A DNA stretch of 64,000 bases from Puniceicoccaceae bacterium (GTDB lineage: Bacteria; Verrucomicrobiota; Verrucomicrobiia; Opitutales; Oceanipulchritudinaceae). The position numbers and the translations under genes are program-made. Below are positions 9,914 through 20,755 of the stretch, piece by piece. The number at the start of each line of letters is the position of its first letter. Within the stretch, counting starts at the first letter, position 1. The stretch is from assembly GCA_040830765.1 (NCBI GenBank), contig JBFOMH010000004.1:128001-192000 (forward strand), in the 5' to 3' direction. The notes beneath the pieces were generated by a model. The model saw only the letters and a list, made by a program, of their open reading frames with translations. It was not told the origin of the DNA and searched no databases.

Positions 9914-11503
9914 ATGCGACGCTTTACCCAGTTATTCCGCGAGTTGGACGAATCCAACCGGACCGGAGACAAGGAAGCCGCCCTGCAGGCCTATTTTCGA
10001 GAGGCCCCGCCGGCGGATGCGGTCTGGGTGCTGTGGTTTTTCTGGGGAAACCGGCTTAGCTTGGGAATTCCCACCAAGCGTCTCCGGCAATGGGCAGCCG
10101 ACCTTTCCGGCTGCCCCGACTGGCTTGTCGAAGCCTGCTATGAGCGGGTCGGCGATCTGGCCGAAACAGCTTCCCTGCTCCTGCCACTGGCCGGAGGTGA
10201 CGGAACAGACCTTCCCCTGCATGAGGTGATCGAGGACAAACTGCTACCCCTGAAACATTGGGATGACCGCTTCCAATTCCAGTTGCTGCGGGAATTCTGG
10301 CTCTCCCTGACGCGAGATGAGGCCCTCGTCCTCAACAAGATGCTGACAGGTGCCTTTCGCATTGGTGTTTCCCGCCTCCTGGTGGTCCGGGCGCTGGCAG
10401 AGGTTTTGGAGCTGGATCGGCCTACCCTGACCCACCGCCTCATGGGCGACTGGGAGCCCACGGCGGCATTCTTTGAATCCTTGACCGATGAGGAAGCCAA
10501 TAGGGAAGCCGCCTCCACACGGCCCTATCCCTTTTATCTGGCCTCTCCCCTGGGGGAACCGCCAGAGAGCCTCGGAAAGCCTGAAAACTGGATAGCGGAA
10601 TGGAAGTGGGATGGCATCCGGGCGCAAATCATTCGTCGTGACGGAGCCTGCCATATCTGGTCCCGGGGAGAGGAACGGCTCTCGGCCGCTTTTCCGGAAA
10701 TTGTTGAAGCGGCGGGCGACCTTCCGGATGGCTGTGTCCTGGATGGGGAATTGCTCTGTTGGGAGGAAGGTCGGCCGCTTGGATTCCACCGCTTGCAAAC
10801 CCGGATCAACCGCAAGAAACTCGACCCATCTGTCCTGAAGGAAGCTCCGGTGATTTTCATGGGCTATGATTGCCTGGAGGCCGACGGTCAGGACCTACGC
10901 AACAGACCGCTGGAAAGCCGACGGAAGAGGCTGGAGGAGGTTTTATCTGGAGCCGGCAATGACATCCTGTGCATTTCGGAGCTCGTTTCGTTTAAATCCT
11001 GGGACGAGCTCGCCCGCCTGTGGAACGAATCCCGCCAGCGTGGCGTGGAGGGCTTGATGCTGAAGCAGCATCAAAGCGTCTACAAGACCGGTCGGGTCAA
11101 GGGGGATTGGTGGAAATGGAAAGTGGATCCCTACACCGCCGACCTTGTCATGATTTATGCCCAGGCCGGCCATGGGCGGCGGGCGACCCTCTACACCGAT
11201 TACACACTGGCCGCCCGGGATGGCGAAAAACTGGTTCCGGTGGCAAAGGCCTATTCCGGACTGACCGACGAGGAGTTGCGGGAAATCGACCGATGGATCA
11301 AGCGCAACACGCTGGCCCGGAGGGGCCCGGTCCGCACAGTCCCGGCAAAGCAGGTCTTTGAGATTGGCTTTGAAGGATTACGCCCCTCGAGCCGCCACAA
11401 GTCGGGTCTGGCCATGCGCTTCCCCCGCATTCTCCGCTGGCGCAAGGACAAACCAGTGGAGGAAATCGACACGGTGGAGGGCCTGCGCGCCTTGCTGACC
11501 TGA
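9914..11503 (+). CDS. ATP-dependent DNA ligase
   Basis: Motif I EWKWDGIR, motif III LDGE, motif IV EGLMLK, WWKWK, and OB-fold end RFPRILRWRKDK. Confidence 0.95.
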   Translation: MRRFTQLFRELDESNRTGDKEAALQAYFREAPPADAVWVLWFFWGNRLSLGIPTKRLRQWAADLSGCPDWLVEACYERVGDLAETASLLLPLAGGDGTDLPLHEVIEDKLLPLKHWDDRFQFQLLREFWLSLTRDEALVLNKMLTGAFRIGVSRLLVVRALAEVLELDRPTLTHRLMGDWEPTAAFFESLTDEEANREAASTRPYPFYLASPLGEPPESLGKPENWIAEWKWDGIRAQIIRRDGACHIWSRGEERLSAAFPEIVEAAGDLPDGCVLDGELLCWEEGRPLGFHRLQTRINRKKLDPSVLKEAPVIFMGYDCLEADGQDLRNRPLESRRKRLEEVLSGAGNDILCISELVSFKSWDELARLWNESRQRGVEGLMLKQHQSVYKTGRVKGDWWKWKVDPYTADLVMIYAQAGHGRRATLYTDYTLAARDGEKLVPVAKAYSGLTDEELREIDRWIKRNTLARRGPVRTVPAKQVFEIGFEGLRPSSRHKSGLAMRFPRILRWRKDKPVEEIDTVEGLRALLT

Positions 11504-11549
11504 GATGGGCCGTTGACTTGTCCGGCAAGCCTCCCCATCTCAATTAGGT

Positions 11550-12305
11550 ATGGAATGGAGCAACTTGTTGGACACGGCTGAGTCGGTAGCCCGGGAAGCC
11601 GGACAGATACTCAAGGAAGGTGCCTCCGGCCTGCGTACGGTTGAATTCCAGGACAGTCGCGATGTAAAGCTGCGGGCGGATGTCGAGTCTGAAGAGCTTA
11701 TCCGGGAGCGCCTCGGGGCTGCCTTCCCCTACCCCGTCTATGGTGAGGAAAAGGGAGGAGACGCCAGCCTACGGGAGCGCGACGAACCCTACTGGGTAGT
11801 GGATCCGCTGGACGGGACCTACAACTATCTTCGCGGAAGCCGGCTTTGTGCAGTCAGCATTGGTCTCATGCGTGGCGAAACGCCGCTCCTAGGCGTAATT
11901 TATGACTTTAATGGCGACACCTGTTACGGCGGATATGTCGGGGAATCCTTTTGCGTGAATGATGTGCCGGCTACGCCCGATTGGGTGGATGAAATTGGAC
12001 AGGCCGCTCTGGCGACCGGGTTTCCGGCAGGAATGGACCGCTCAGCGGACCGGATGCAGGCCTTTATTGAGCGGATCGCCCCCTTCAAGAAAGTCCGCAT
12101 GGTCGGCTCCGCCGCCCTCGCGCTGGCCTATGTCGCCGGTGGTATTTACGACGTCTACTACGAGGAGTCCATACGACTTTGGGATGTCGCAGCCGGGCTG
12201 GCCCTGGTGAAGGCCGCAGGGGGTGACATTTCCATGACCCCCTCCCTTTCCGGAAAGCCGATGGCCTATGATGTCTGGGCCGGCAAGGGCGTGTTTTTTG
12301 GATGA
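11550..12305 (+). CDS. Inositol monophosphatase family protein (SuhB-like)
   Basis: GEE, WVVDPLDGTYNY, RMVGSAAL, WDVAAG. Confidence 0.92.
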   Translation: MEWSNLLDTAESVAREAGQILKEGASGLRTVEFQDSRDVKLRADVESEELIRERLGAAFPYPVYGEEKGGDASLRERDEPYWVVDPLDGTYNYLRGSRLCAVSIGLMRGETPLLGVIYDFNGDTCYGGYVGESFCVNDVPATPDWVDEIGQAALATGFPAGMDRSADRMQAFIERIAPFKKVRMVGSAALALAYVAGGIYDVYYEESIRLWDVAAGLALVKAAGGDISMTPSLSGKPMAYDVWAGKGVFFG

Positions 12306-12309
12306 CCCT

Positions 12310-12370
12310 CATGGAGTGCTGCGACATGTCGCAGCTTTCAAAAGCGCCGACATGTCGGCGCACTCCAAAG
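12310..12370. repeat. REP-like double-palindrome element (TGGAGT family), copy 1
   Basis: TGGAGT-GCTGCGACATGTCGCAGC-TTTCAAAA-GCGCCGACATGTCGGCGC-ACTCCA. Two perfect 18-bp palindromes sit inside terminal inverted repeats. An inverted copy lies at 42076-42136. Confidence 0.9.
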
Positions 12371-12420
12371 TACGCCGCAATTTGACCTCGCGGGTTATGC
12401 ATGAAACCTTTCTTCTCTGA

Positions 12421-14430
12421 ATGCCGAACCAATTGATCAACGAAAAGAGCCTCTACCTGCGCCAACACGCGGAAAATCCAGTCGACTGGTACCCGTGGGG
12501 AGAGGAGGCCTTCAAGAAGGCCCGGGAAGAGGACAAACCGGTCCTGGTTTCCATTGGCTATTCGTCGTGCCACTGGTGCCACGTGATGGCCCATGAGTCC
12601 TTTGAGGATGATTACATCGGCAAGCTGATGAATACCCACTTTGTCTGCATTAAGGTGGATCGGGAAGAGCGCCCGGATGTGGACCAGATTTACATGGACG
12701 CGGTCCAGATGCTCAATGGCCATGGCGGTTGGCCGCTGAACGTCTTTTGCCTGCCGGACGGAAGGCCCTTTGCCGGTGGAACCTACTTTCCCCCGGATGA
12801 AAGCCGCGGGCAGAACATCGTCCCCTGGCCCCAGTTGCTCATCCGGGTGGCCGATTTCTATATGCGCCAGCGCGGCGACCTGGAGGAAAACGCCCGGGCC
12901 ATCCTTGGAAATCTGGAGGCCTCCAACGTACCCCACCAGGCCACGGGTGATGCGGTCGGCAAGGGGGATTTCCTCCTCGCGATGGATCGCCTGCTGGAGA
13001 ATCATGACCCGGAGTTCGGTGGCTTTGGCAAGGCTCCCAAGTTCCCGCCCTCGATGACCCTGGATTTTCTCCTCGCGATGCGCGCCAGTGCCACCGCGGA
13101 AAGCCAGTTTCCCGACCAGGCGGCAGCTGTCGACAGTGCGATCAACCGGACCCTCACCGGCATGGCCCATGGGGGTATCTTTGATCAGGTCGGGGGTGGC
13201 TTCGCCCGCTACAGTGTCGACCAGCACTGGCTCATTCCCCACTTCGAGAAGATGCTCTACGACAACGCCCTCTTGCTGGACATTTACAGCAAGGCCTACC
13301 AGCGCTATCCCAAGCCCCTCTACCGCAAGGTGGTGGAGGAAACTGTTGGTTGGCTCGAGCGCGAGATGCGGGCGCCAGGGGGTGGCTTTCACGCCGCGCT
13401 TGATGCCGACACGGACGGTGAGGAAGGCCTGACCTACACCTGGACTCTTGCGGAAGTGACCAATCTTCTCGGGGAGGAAGAGGGAAACCGGTTCTGCGAA
13501 GTCTATGGCATCACCGCGGAGGGTAATTTTGAAAATACCGGTCGCAGCAACCCCGCCCTCTTGAGCGGCGAGCCGGAAGTCCGGGATTCCTTTGAAGCGG
13601 CACGCGTCACACTGCTGGAGGCGCGCAACCTGCGTCCGCAACCCGGAAAAGACGAGAAGTGCCTCACCGCATGGAATGCCCTCCTGGTCCGCGGCCTGGC
13701 CCGGGCCGGATTCACCTTTGGTGAAAAGCCCTGGCTGGAGGCGGCACGCGCCACCGCAGAATGGCTCTGGCAAACCATGCGCCACGGGGAAAACCGTCTT
13801 CATACCGTTGCCTATGGTAATGAAGCCTCCGGCAACGGGACCCTCAATGACTATACCTACACCGCAGAGGCGTTCCTCGCCCTGAGTGCTGTCATCGACT
13901 GGTTACAACCGGGTGAAGCGGTTATCTGGCGTCAGCGGGCACTTGCCTTGTCCGAGGTTGTCCGCCAGCACTTCTCCGATCCGGAGACCGTGGGCTGCTT
14001 CTTCACCAGCGACGACCACGAGCAGCTCGTCCATCGCAACAAGGAGTGGTATGACAATGCGACGCCGTCCGGGAACTCCAGCCTCCTGCAGGCAGAGACA
14101 TTCCTTGAGGTTTTGACCGGTGAAAGCCGCCATGCCGAAGCGGTCCAGGCCCTGTCCACGGCCTATCCCGGCATTACGGCAACCTCGCCCGCCGCTGCCA
14201 GTCATGCCCTGAGCGGCTTGGTCTACCGCGCCATTGGCATTGCCACTATCAAGGTCCGGAAAGGAACGGATCTGGAACCATTGCGGAAGGCGCTCGTCGA
14301 GCGGCCATGGCGTCCGATCTTCTTCGAGGTTGATGCCACGGGTGAACTGGCATCCACCTACCAATTGTGTGTCGGCACGCAATGTCTCGCGCCGACAGAC
14401 TCCCTCGAGTCAGTCGTGGAGAACCTCTGA
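12421..14430 (+). CDS. Thioredoxin domain-containing protein (YyaL/SSP411/DUF255 family)
   Basis: [56 protein letters not shown]. Confidence 0.95.
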   Translation: MPNQLINEKSLYLRQHAENPVDWYPWGEEAFKKAREEDKPVLVSIGYSSCHWCHVMAHESFEDDYIGKLMNTHFVCIKVDREERPDVDQIYMDAVQMLNGHGGWPLNVFCLPDGRPFAGGTYFPPDESRGQNIVPWPQLLIRVADFYMRQRGDLEENARAILGNLEASNVPHQATGDAVGKGDFLLAMDRLLENHDPEFGGFGKAPKFPPSMTLDFLLAMRASATAESQFPDQAAAVDSAINRTLTGMAHGGIFDQVGGGFARYSVDQHWLIPHFEKMLYDNALLLDIYSKAYQRYPKPLYRKVVEETVGWLEREMRAPGGGFHAALDADTDGEEGLTYTWTLAEVTNLLGEEEGNRFCEVYGITAEGNFENTGRSNPALLSGEPEVRDSFEAARVTLLEARNLRPQPGKDEKCLTAWNALLVRGLARAGFTFGEKPWLEAARATAEWLWQTMRHGENRLHTVAYGNEASGNGTLNDYTYTAEAFLALSAVIDWLQPGEAVIWRQRALALSEVVRQHFSDPETVGCFFTSDDHEQLVHRNKEWYDNATPSGNSSLLQAETFLEVLTGESRHAEAVQALSTAYPGITATSPAAASHALSGLVYRAIGIATIKVRKGTDLEPLRKALVERPWRPIFFEVDATGELASTYQLCVGTQCLAPTDSLESVVENL

Positions 14431-14448
14431 GACGCCCGTTCGGATAAT

Positions 14449-15117
14449 CTATTTCAGTCCCATCGGCGTACCCAGGACTTCCCTGAGCAGGATGGCCTTG
14501 CGGGTACTGGACGGATTCTGCAAATCAGCCAGGAGGTCGTTCCGCAGGTTGCCCGATGCAATTACTGAACGGCGGGTGCCGGCCTTTTGCTCCCTGGCGC
14601 CAACATCAGCGAGCATTTGCCTCGCCTTGGCCTTGGCTTCCTGTTGCTCCCGGCGGGCCCGTTCGAGGATAGCCCGCTGCTCCTGCAACCGTTGCTCAAG
14701 GCTGGAGGTGCGGGGCATGACCGGCTCGGGTGCCCTTCGGGAAACGGGCTGCGGCTGTACCACTGGACGGGCTGGCGCAGGCGTCGGCTCGGGCGCACGC
14801 CGCTGCTGGGTTTCCGGCAAAGTCGGGTCGTAGCGTGCCCGTCTCTGCTGGGGAACCGGTTGCTGCGGCTGGGGCGATTGCCCTTCCCGGGCCCGTTTGC
14901 GCTCCTCTATCTTGCGCCGGATTTCCTCCCGAATCTGGCGCGCCCGCTCTTCCATGTCGACGTCTTCCTGATAGCTATCTTCCTCGGGTTCGCCCTTTTT
15001 CTTTTTCTTGGAGCCCAGCAATTGGGCAATTCCGTAGAGGACGAAGAAGACAACTGGCAGGAGCGTCTCCCAGTCAAAGGAGGCGGCCAGGCTATAATCC
15101 AGGAGACCGTTGCTCAT
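14449..15117 (-). CDS. YqfB-like membrane-anchored protein downstream of floA
   Basis: One TM helix, a coiled-coil/Pro-rich middle, and C-terminal RKAILLREVLGTP, like the yqfB-type gene of floA operons. Confidence 0.7.
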   Translation of the reverse strand: MSNGLLDYSLAASFDWETLLPVVFFVLYGIAQLLGSKKKKKGEPEEDSYQEDVDMEERARQIREEIRRKIEERKRAREGQSPQPQQPVPQQRRARYDPTLPETQQRRAPEPTPAPARPVVQPQPVSRRAPEPVMPRTSSLEQRLQEQRAILERARREQQEAKAKARQMLADVGAREQKAGTRRSVIASGNLRNDLLADLQNPSSTRKAILLREVLGTPMGLK

Positions 15118-15150
15118 AATCAGTTAGCGCTCGGATCCAGATTTGCCCTC

Positions 15151-16179
15151 TCAGGCATCCTTGGCGTCATCGGGCTTGGCGATGGACTTGCGCATGTCGG
15201 TATCGGACTCGATATTCTTGAGGCGCATGTAATCCATGACCCCGAGGTTACCGCTGCGGAAGGCCTCGGCCATGGCCAGGGGTACCTGGGCCTGGGCTTC
15301 AACAACCTTGGCCTGCATCTCCTGCACCTTGGCCTGCATTTCCTGCTCAAGGGCAACAGCGGCCGCGCGGCGGATTTCCGCCTTGGCCTGGGCCATGTTC
15401 TTGTTGGCCTCGGCCTGGGCAACCTGCAGCTGGGCCCCGACGTTTTCGCCGACATCGACGTCAGCAATATCAATGGAAAGAATTTCAAAGGCGGTTCCGG
15501 TATCGAGTCCGCGGTTGAGCACATTGCGGGAGATGGAATCCGGATTCTCGAGAACCCATTTGTAGCTCTCGGCCGAACCAATGGTGGTAACAATACCTTC
15601 ACCAACACGGGCAATGATTGTTTCCTCCTGGGCGCTGCCGACATAATGCTCGAGGTTGGAGCGCACCGTCACCCGGGCCCTGGCCTTCACCTGGATACCG
15701 TCCTTGGCCACACCGTCGATGGTGGCTTTCCCGGAATTCGGGTTCGGACAATCAATAACCATCGGGTTAATTGACGTACGGACCGCCTGGATGATGGACT
15801 TTTCCGTCCCCTTGGTGGCGAGGTCAATGGCACAGGCCTGGTCCCAGTCCAGCGGGATGCCCGCCTTCTGGGCATTGATGAGGCCGGAGACCGTCTGGAT
15901 GATGTCACCGCCCGCCATGTAATGGGTCTCAAACTCATTGACGGTAATCGGCAAACCGGCCTTCACCGCCATGATGCGGGCGTCAACAATGACGGAATAG
16001 GGCAGCTTCCGGAGATAGCGCATGGCAACGAGGTTCCACATGCTGACCGGAGCGCCTGATGAAAAGGCCTTCAGCCAGACGCTGAGGAAGGATCCCACAA
16101 TAAAGAGCAGGATGAGTAGAAACAGCAGGGCAATGATGGACGCGATTTGTCCAATCGTGAGTGCGAGGATTATATTCAT
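15151..16179 (-). CDS. floA: Flotillin-like protein FloA (YqfA/UPF0365)
   Basis: [59 protein letters not shown]. Confidence 0.95.
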   Translation of the reverse strand: MNIILALTIGQIASIIALLFLLILLFIVGSFLSVWLKAFSSGAPVSMWNLVAMRYLRKLPYSVIVDARIMAVKAGLPITVNEFETHYMAGGDIIQTVSGLINAQKAGIPLDWDQACAIDLATKGTEKSIIQAVRTSINPMVIDCPNPNSGKATIDGVAKDGIQVKARARVTVRSNLEHYVGSAQEETIIARVGEGIVTTIGSAESYKWVLENPDSISRNVLNRGLDTGTAFEILSIDIADVDVGENVGAQLQVAQAEANKNMAQAKAEIRRAAAVALEQEMQAKVQEMQAKVVEAQAQVPLAMAEAFRSGNLGVMDYMRLKNIESDTDMRKSIAKPDDAKDA

Positions 16180-16637
16180 TTTTTAGCTACGATTAATTTG
16201 AAAGTTTCGGAACGAAGCACCCGGACAGGCACCCCCTTGTCGAGGTAGCCGTCTTCCGCTGATGCGGTATAGACCTTGCCACCGAGCTCCACCCTGCCCG
16301 TCGGGGCCAGAATTGTCAAGGTGACCCCTTCGGTTCCGACAAGGCTCTCATCCTCCTTTGGATTAAGCTTTGCCGCGATGGTGGATTTCAGGGCCAGTTG
16401 CTGCCCAAAGCGGGTGTTGGCGATGAGGCGGATTTCCAGGAAAAACATCACCAGCGCCATGACCAGTCCACCAAAGAACAAGGCCGCGGCCCAGACCAGG
16501 CCCCACTCGGTGTAGGCCACTCCAGCGGCCGCCAGCAGGAAGACTCCACCGAGGACCGCGAGGACGCCCCCGGGGACGAAAATCTCGAAGAAAAACAGAA
16601 CGAAGGCAGTAATTACCAGACCGATGACCAGACTCAT
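16176..16637 (-). CDS. Short NfeD-family protein (TM plus OB-fold)
   Basis: EIFVPGGVL, three TM helices, and a C-terminal [16 protein letters not shown] domain. Confidence 0.85.
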   Translation of the reverse strand: MSLVIGLVITAFVLFFFEIFVPGGVLAVLGGVFLLAAAGVAYTEWGLVWAAALFFGGLVMALVMFFLEIRLIANTRFGQQLALKSTIAAKLNPKEDESLVGTEGVTLTILAPTGRVELGGKVYTASAEDGYLDKGVPVRVLRSETFKLIVAKK

Positions 16638-18211
16638 TGTGCAGTGTCCTCCAATGGTTCAACTAACAGACTGAAATGCTTGTAACCGGTGACGACAATC
16701 TTTTCCCCGCGGTCGAGGGAACCAATCTCCACGGTGGCCTGGTAGCGCACGCCGTCGATTTCCACCTCCCCGAGCGGGTGCATGGGCCCGACGACCGTTC
16801 CCTTGGAACCGATGTCAGGCAGGCTGTCCGTGCCGGCTACATCGCTCCCGCCGGTCACCACCGGATCCGGCATGGCACCCGCCATGGTGTGAACCAGGCG
16901 GCCGTAAACGGGCGTCTTGGGCAGGAAACGCCACACCAGCCAGAGTCCGAAAACCGCAATCGCCAGCGATCCCACCAGTTGGTAAAGGGCCCCCCATACC
17001 GAATCGGGGTCCACCGTGAAATTGATGCCCCCGGGGCCGTCGCCTTCCGGCAGCGGCCAGATATCGGAAAGTGACCAGAGCAGCGACCCGAAGATTAACA
17101 ACAATCCGATGCCAAGGAAGATAAAGGTCCCTGGCAAAAGGAAGATGTCCACGATGATAAACACCAGCCCCAGGATAAAGAAGATGATGGCCTCAAAGCC
17201 AGCGAGGCCGGCGAGGTAGTTACTGGCAAAGACAATCCCGACAAGGACCAGCCCGGCGATCCCAAAGACACCAAACCCGGGTGTCTTGAATTCGATGAAG
17301 AGGAGCAGTAGTCCCAGACCAAGAATGATCGGGGCAATGGAATCGAGGTATTTGGCCGCTTCTTCCGACCAGGAAATCTCGAAGGATTCCAATGTGTAGT
17401 TATCGGCCCCGTAGCGGGTGGCCAATAACTCGTCGAGGTCCGAGGCAATGCCCTCGGCGAGAAGCGGCCGTGCGGGCGACCCGTAGAGTTCAATGGATTC
17501 CGTCGCGGTCAACGAGAGGAGCTCTCCTGACTCCTTGAGCACCTTGCCATCAATTTTCAACTCATAGTCCAGATCCGCCATGGCCCGGATGACCTCGGCG
17601 CGGTAGGGAAATTCCTCCGTGTAGCTGCGCATGCGGGCTAACAGGTAGCTGTTGATCTTGGCCTTCATGCTTTCGTCAATCTCCTCACCGCTGCCGGAGA
17701 CAACGGCAGCCGCACCCATGACCCCGGCGGGGGCAAAGTAAATCGCATCCGTGGCCATGGAGATATAGGCACCGGCGGAAATGGCATCCTTGTTGACATA
17801 GGTGATGGTTTCCCCCTCGAAGCGGTCCAGCAGCTCCATCATGTCGAGCGTGATATCGAGCCGGCCGCCAGGCGTATCCATATCGAGAACGAGTACCTTT
17901 ACTCCCGTTTCGAGGGCCTGCTTGATGCTGCGCCTCAGGATATACATGTTCGGCTTGGAAATGGCCTCCGTAATGGGAACCCGATACACATGGACCCGAC
18001 CATCCACGGACAGGAGCTTCGCGGCCCGCTCGGCAGGACTGACTGTAGGGACTGGAACCGGTTCCTCTACGTTGACCTCAACTTCTGCCGGCCCCTCAAC
18101 AGGTGGAGGCGCCGGATCCGGTGCTTCATCATCGAAATCGGTATGGCCTGCCAGGGGAACCGAGGCAGCCAGCATTATCAGGACGGAAAATCTCCATATA
18201 CCCTTCATCAA
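16634..18211 (-). CDS. Long NfeD/YqeZ membrane-bound ClpP-class serine protease
   Basis: Signal peptide; LDMDTPGG, AISAGAYI, EFKTPGFG; C-terminal OB-fold. Confidence 0.9.
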   Translation of the reverse strand: MMKGIWRFSVLIMLAASVPLAGHTDFDDEAPDPAPPPVEGPAEVEVNVEEPVPVPTVSPAERAAKLLSVDGRVHVYRVPITEAISKPNMYILRRSIKQALETGVKVLVLDMDTPGGRLDITLDMMELLDRFEGETITYVNKDAISAGAYISMATDAIYFAPAGVMGAAAVVSGSGEEIDESMKAKINSYLLARMRSYTEEFPYRAEVIRAMADLDYELKIDGKVLKESGELLSLTATESIELYGSPARPLLAEGIASDLDELLATRYGADNYTLESFEISWSEEAAKYLDSIAPIILGLGLLLLFIEFKTPGFGVFGIAGLVLVGIVFASNYLAGLAGFEAIIFFILGLVFIIVDIFLLPGTFIFLGIGLLLIFGSLLWSLSDIWPLPEGDGPGGINFTVDPDSVWGALYQLVGSLAIAVFGLWLVWRFLPKTPVYGRLVHTMAGAMPDPVVTGGSDVAGTDSLPDIGSKGTVVGPMHPLGEVEIDGVRYQATVEIGSLDRGEKIVVTGYKHFSLLVEPLEDTAQ

Positions 18212-18286
18212 GGGTACAAGGTAAAGGGATATTTCGCTTTCCTCAAGCTATCTCACCACAGATTTACCGATTCACTATATGGGCGG

Positions 18287-20755
18287 TCAGTTTTCGAAGG
18301 GCCTCCAGGCGTTCTGGCTGTAGTCGAAGTACAAACCGAAGCTGTTTTCGGGGAACCAGATCCAGCTGCCATCCTGGAGGTTCCAGCCATAGTAGCCGCC
18401 GGCATAAACTTCCTGGGGTAGAACATAGCACCAGCTTCCCAGCTCGGCGTGATAGATCCACGGGAAGTGGTCATCCCACAATGCGCCGGCAGCGGTGGTT
18501 TTCATACCACTGGATTGCAGCCTGCCAGTATCCGACCACGGGCTGTACACGGGTTGCTGTACCCCCTGGGGCCGTGTCAGGTTAACCCCGGACGTATCGA
18601 CATAGAGGTCATCCATGAACAGCGTTCCCTCGCAATAATCGGTATTGTAGGAAACGGCATAGGTGGTAATCGCGCTGGATGTTCCATTACGGAATTTGAT
18701 ACCGCTCTTGAGTAACGTCTGCACCGGATAATTACTTCCACCGCGAATATAGATATCGTAGGTGTCCGCAGCATTGTCGATCACCTTCCAGACCTCGTAC
18801 CAGGTCTCCAACTGCAGGAGATCATCACCAATGGGCACGTAGCTGCCACCATCGCGGGCCTCGGCCTGGTTGATTCCAAAATAGACCCGGAATCCACTCT
18901 CGTAATCGTTGTAATTGTCAACAATGCCGGCATCGGAAATCCCGAAAACAAAATCCGCCTCGGGATTATTGTAGGAGAATCGCTGATACACCGTGGCAAC
19001 GCTTCCTTCCCCGATGGTTGGAACGGTAACCGTTGCCTGGTAAAGTCCGGGCGTCCGGTCTCCGGTGTAGATGGAGAGGACCTGGCTCCCGCCACTGGCA
19101 TGCGGATCCGGGACGGTGGCGGCGGAATAACTCACGTCCTTGCGTTCGGTCCAGGTAAAGCCGCTTTCAAAATTATCGACGAGGGTCCAGTCAGTAGCGT
19201 TCGCAGTGAACGCAGGTGCTCCTGTGTCAGGAAGGCGATACTTGAGCGTGGCGAAAACCGGATCAGGTTGGCTGTAGTAGCGCATCATTTCGGTCCCGGC
19301 GAGGAGGAAGGCCCCGTAACCGTAATCCTTGTCAAAGAGTTCCCCATTGTTAAGGGCGGGACCGGCACCCACCTGTTGGATGAAAAGGATGGTTCCCTGG
19401 TTGGTGAGCATGTTTGTCAGGGCTGCCCAGGCTTTTTCAATGACCGGGCTGTAGGTTGCGGCATCGAGGATGCCTTCATTGACACCCCAGGCCATGGCAT
19501 AGGTGAAGAAGGCACTGCCGCTGGTCTCCCGTTCCATGTCATATTTTTCCGGATACAACAGGCTGGAGCTCCACAATCCGTCATTCCCCTGGATGGCGGC
19601 AAGGGCAGCCGACATCTCTTCCAGGAGGACAATGTAGTCGCCACGCTTGGGCCAGTCTTGGGGCATGAATTGAAGCATCCTCACGAGGCCACCGATGACC
19701 CAGCCGTTGCCCCGGCTCCAGAAGACCGGCTTTCCGTTAGGCTCACGGTCATCGAAGTAACTGGAATCCCGATAGAACAGGTGGAAGTCCGTATCATAAA
19801 GAAAGTCCGTCGTATCCCACCATTGGTTGTCGATAAAGGTCTGGTAGGTGCTGTCGCCGGTGATCTCCGCTATCCGGCCATAGAGTGGTGGTGACATATA
19901 GAGGGCATCGCACCAGTTCATGTCGACCCGACCGGCAAGGGGGTCCGCCATCACCTGGTCCAGCCGGGCTTTGACGTCGGATATCCAGACCGGGGATGGA
20001 TTATCCTCGAGAAGATAGAGATCCACCCAGGATTGTCCGAGGCAGTGGTCATCCGCATGGTAAAATCTCTTGCCGCTTGTCCGGAGCCGCAGGGTCCAGT
20101 TGGCAAAGGCCCCCTTGTCGAGGATGGCCTGACGATACTTGTCGAGGCCGGTGGTGGCGTACATGGCACTGACGCCGGTGTAGAAGGCCCCGTTGACCCA
20201 GCCGGTCCCGTCCTGGCGATCCGTTTCATTGGCCACTTGCCAGTCAAACGCCAATTCAAGCATACCCTGGATTACCAGCGGATCGGTGATGTCGCCCCAG
20301 TCAACCGGCTGCATGCCGGCAAGCTGGGCCTCAACATCTGCCTGCAGTCCCGTCAGCAATTCCCATGCAATGGGGCCCCCGTCAAGATTGACGAACCGGA
20401 GGTACTGCACCTGTTCCGGAGTAAAAGTGACCAGCTCCTCAACCGTCTCGGCGTCAACGCCCTGCCCTTCTCCGAGAAGTGTCCAGTCACGGTAATTCAT
20501 GGAGCCCAGGAGCCGGAACCGGCCATGTCCGGGATTGTCCGAGGCCGCTACGAGGCTTTCCGTGGTCATCGGATCGCCGAGCAGGAAGCCCGCTGTCTGG
20601 CCTGCTGAGGTGGCCGTCCAGGAGGTCTCGATCAGGCCATCAACCAATAATCGTGGCGTGCCCTCTCCGACTGAATTTCTGACTTGGAGCTGGGCTGTGG
20701 CGACGGCACCTGACATCAGCAGGGCCGCAAGGGTAATCATCTGCGACTTTTTCAT
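18287..20755 (-). CDS. Secreted GH105/GH88-family unsaturated uronyl/rhamnogalacturonyl hydrolase, multidomain
   Basis: Signal peptide and F5/8-like N-terminal domain; catalytic-domain motifs HADDHCLGQ, WCDALYMSPP, FWSRGNGWV, ETSGSAFF, YGYGAFLLAG; Trp/Tyr-rich C-terminal tail. Confidence 0.88.
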   Translation of the reverse strand: MKKSQMITLAALLMSGAVATAQLQVRNSVGEGTPRLLVDGLIETSWTATSAGQTAGFLLGDPMTTESLVAASDNPGHGRFRLLGSMNYRDWTLLGEGQGVDAETVEELVTFTPEQVQYLRFVNLDGGPIAWELLTGLQADVEAQLAGMQPVDWGDITDPLVIQGMLELAFDWQVANETDRQDGTGWVNGAFYTGVSAMYATTGLDKYRQAILDKGAFANWTLRLRTSGKRFYHADDHCLGQSWVDLYLLEDNPSPVWISDVKARLDQVMADPLAGRVDMNWCDALYMSPPLYGRIAEITGDSTYQTFIDNQWWDTTDFLYDTDFHLFYRDSSYFDDREPNGKPVFWSRGNGWVIGGLVRMLQFMPQDWPKRGDYIVLLEEMSAALAAIQGNDGLWSSSLLYPEKYDMERETSGSAFFTYAMAWGVNEGILDAATYSPVIEKAWAALTNMLTNQGTILFIQQVGAGPALNNGELFDKDYGYGAFLLAGTEMMRYYSQPDPVFATLKYRLPDTGAPAFTANATDWTLVDNFESGFTWTERKDVSYSAATVPDPHASGGSQVLSIYTGDRTPGLYQATVTVPTIGEGSVATVYQRFSYNNPEADFVFGISDAGIVDNYNDYESGFRVYFGINQAEARDGGSYVPIGDDLLQLETWYEVWKVIDNAADTYDIYIRGGSNYPVQTLLKSGIKFRNGTSSAITTYAVSYNTDYCEGTLFMDDLYVDTSGVNLTRPQGVQQPVYSPWSDTGRLQSSGMKTTAAGALWDDHFPWIYHAELGSWCYVLPQEVYAGGYYGWNLQDGSWIWFPENSFGLYFDYSQNAWRPFEN

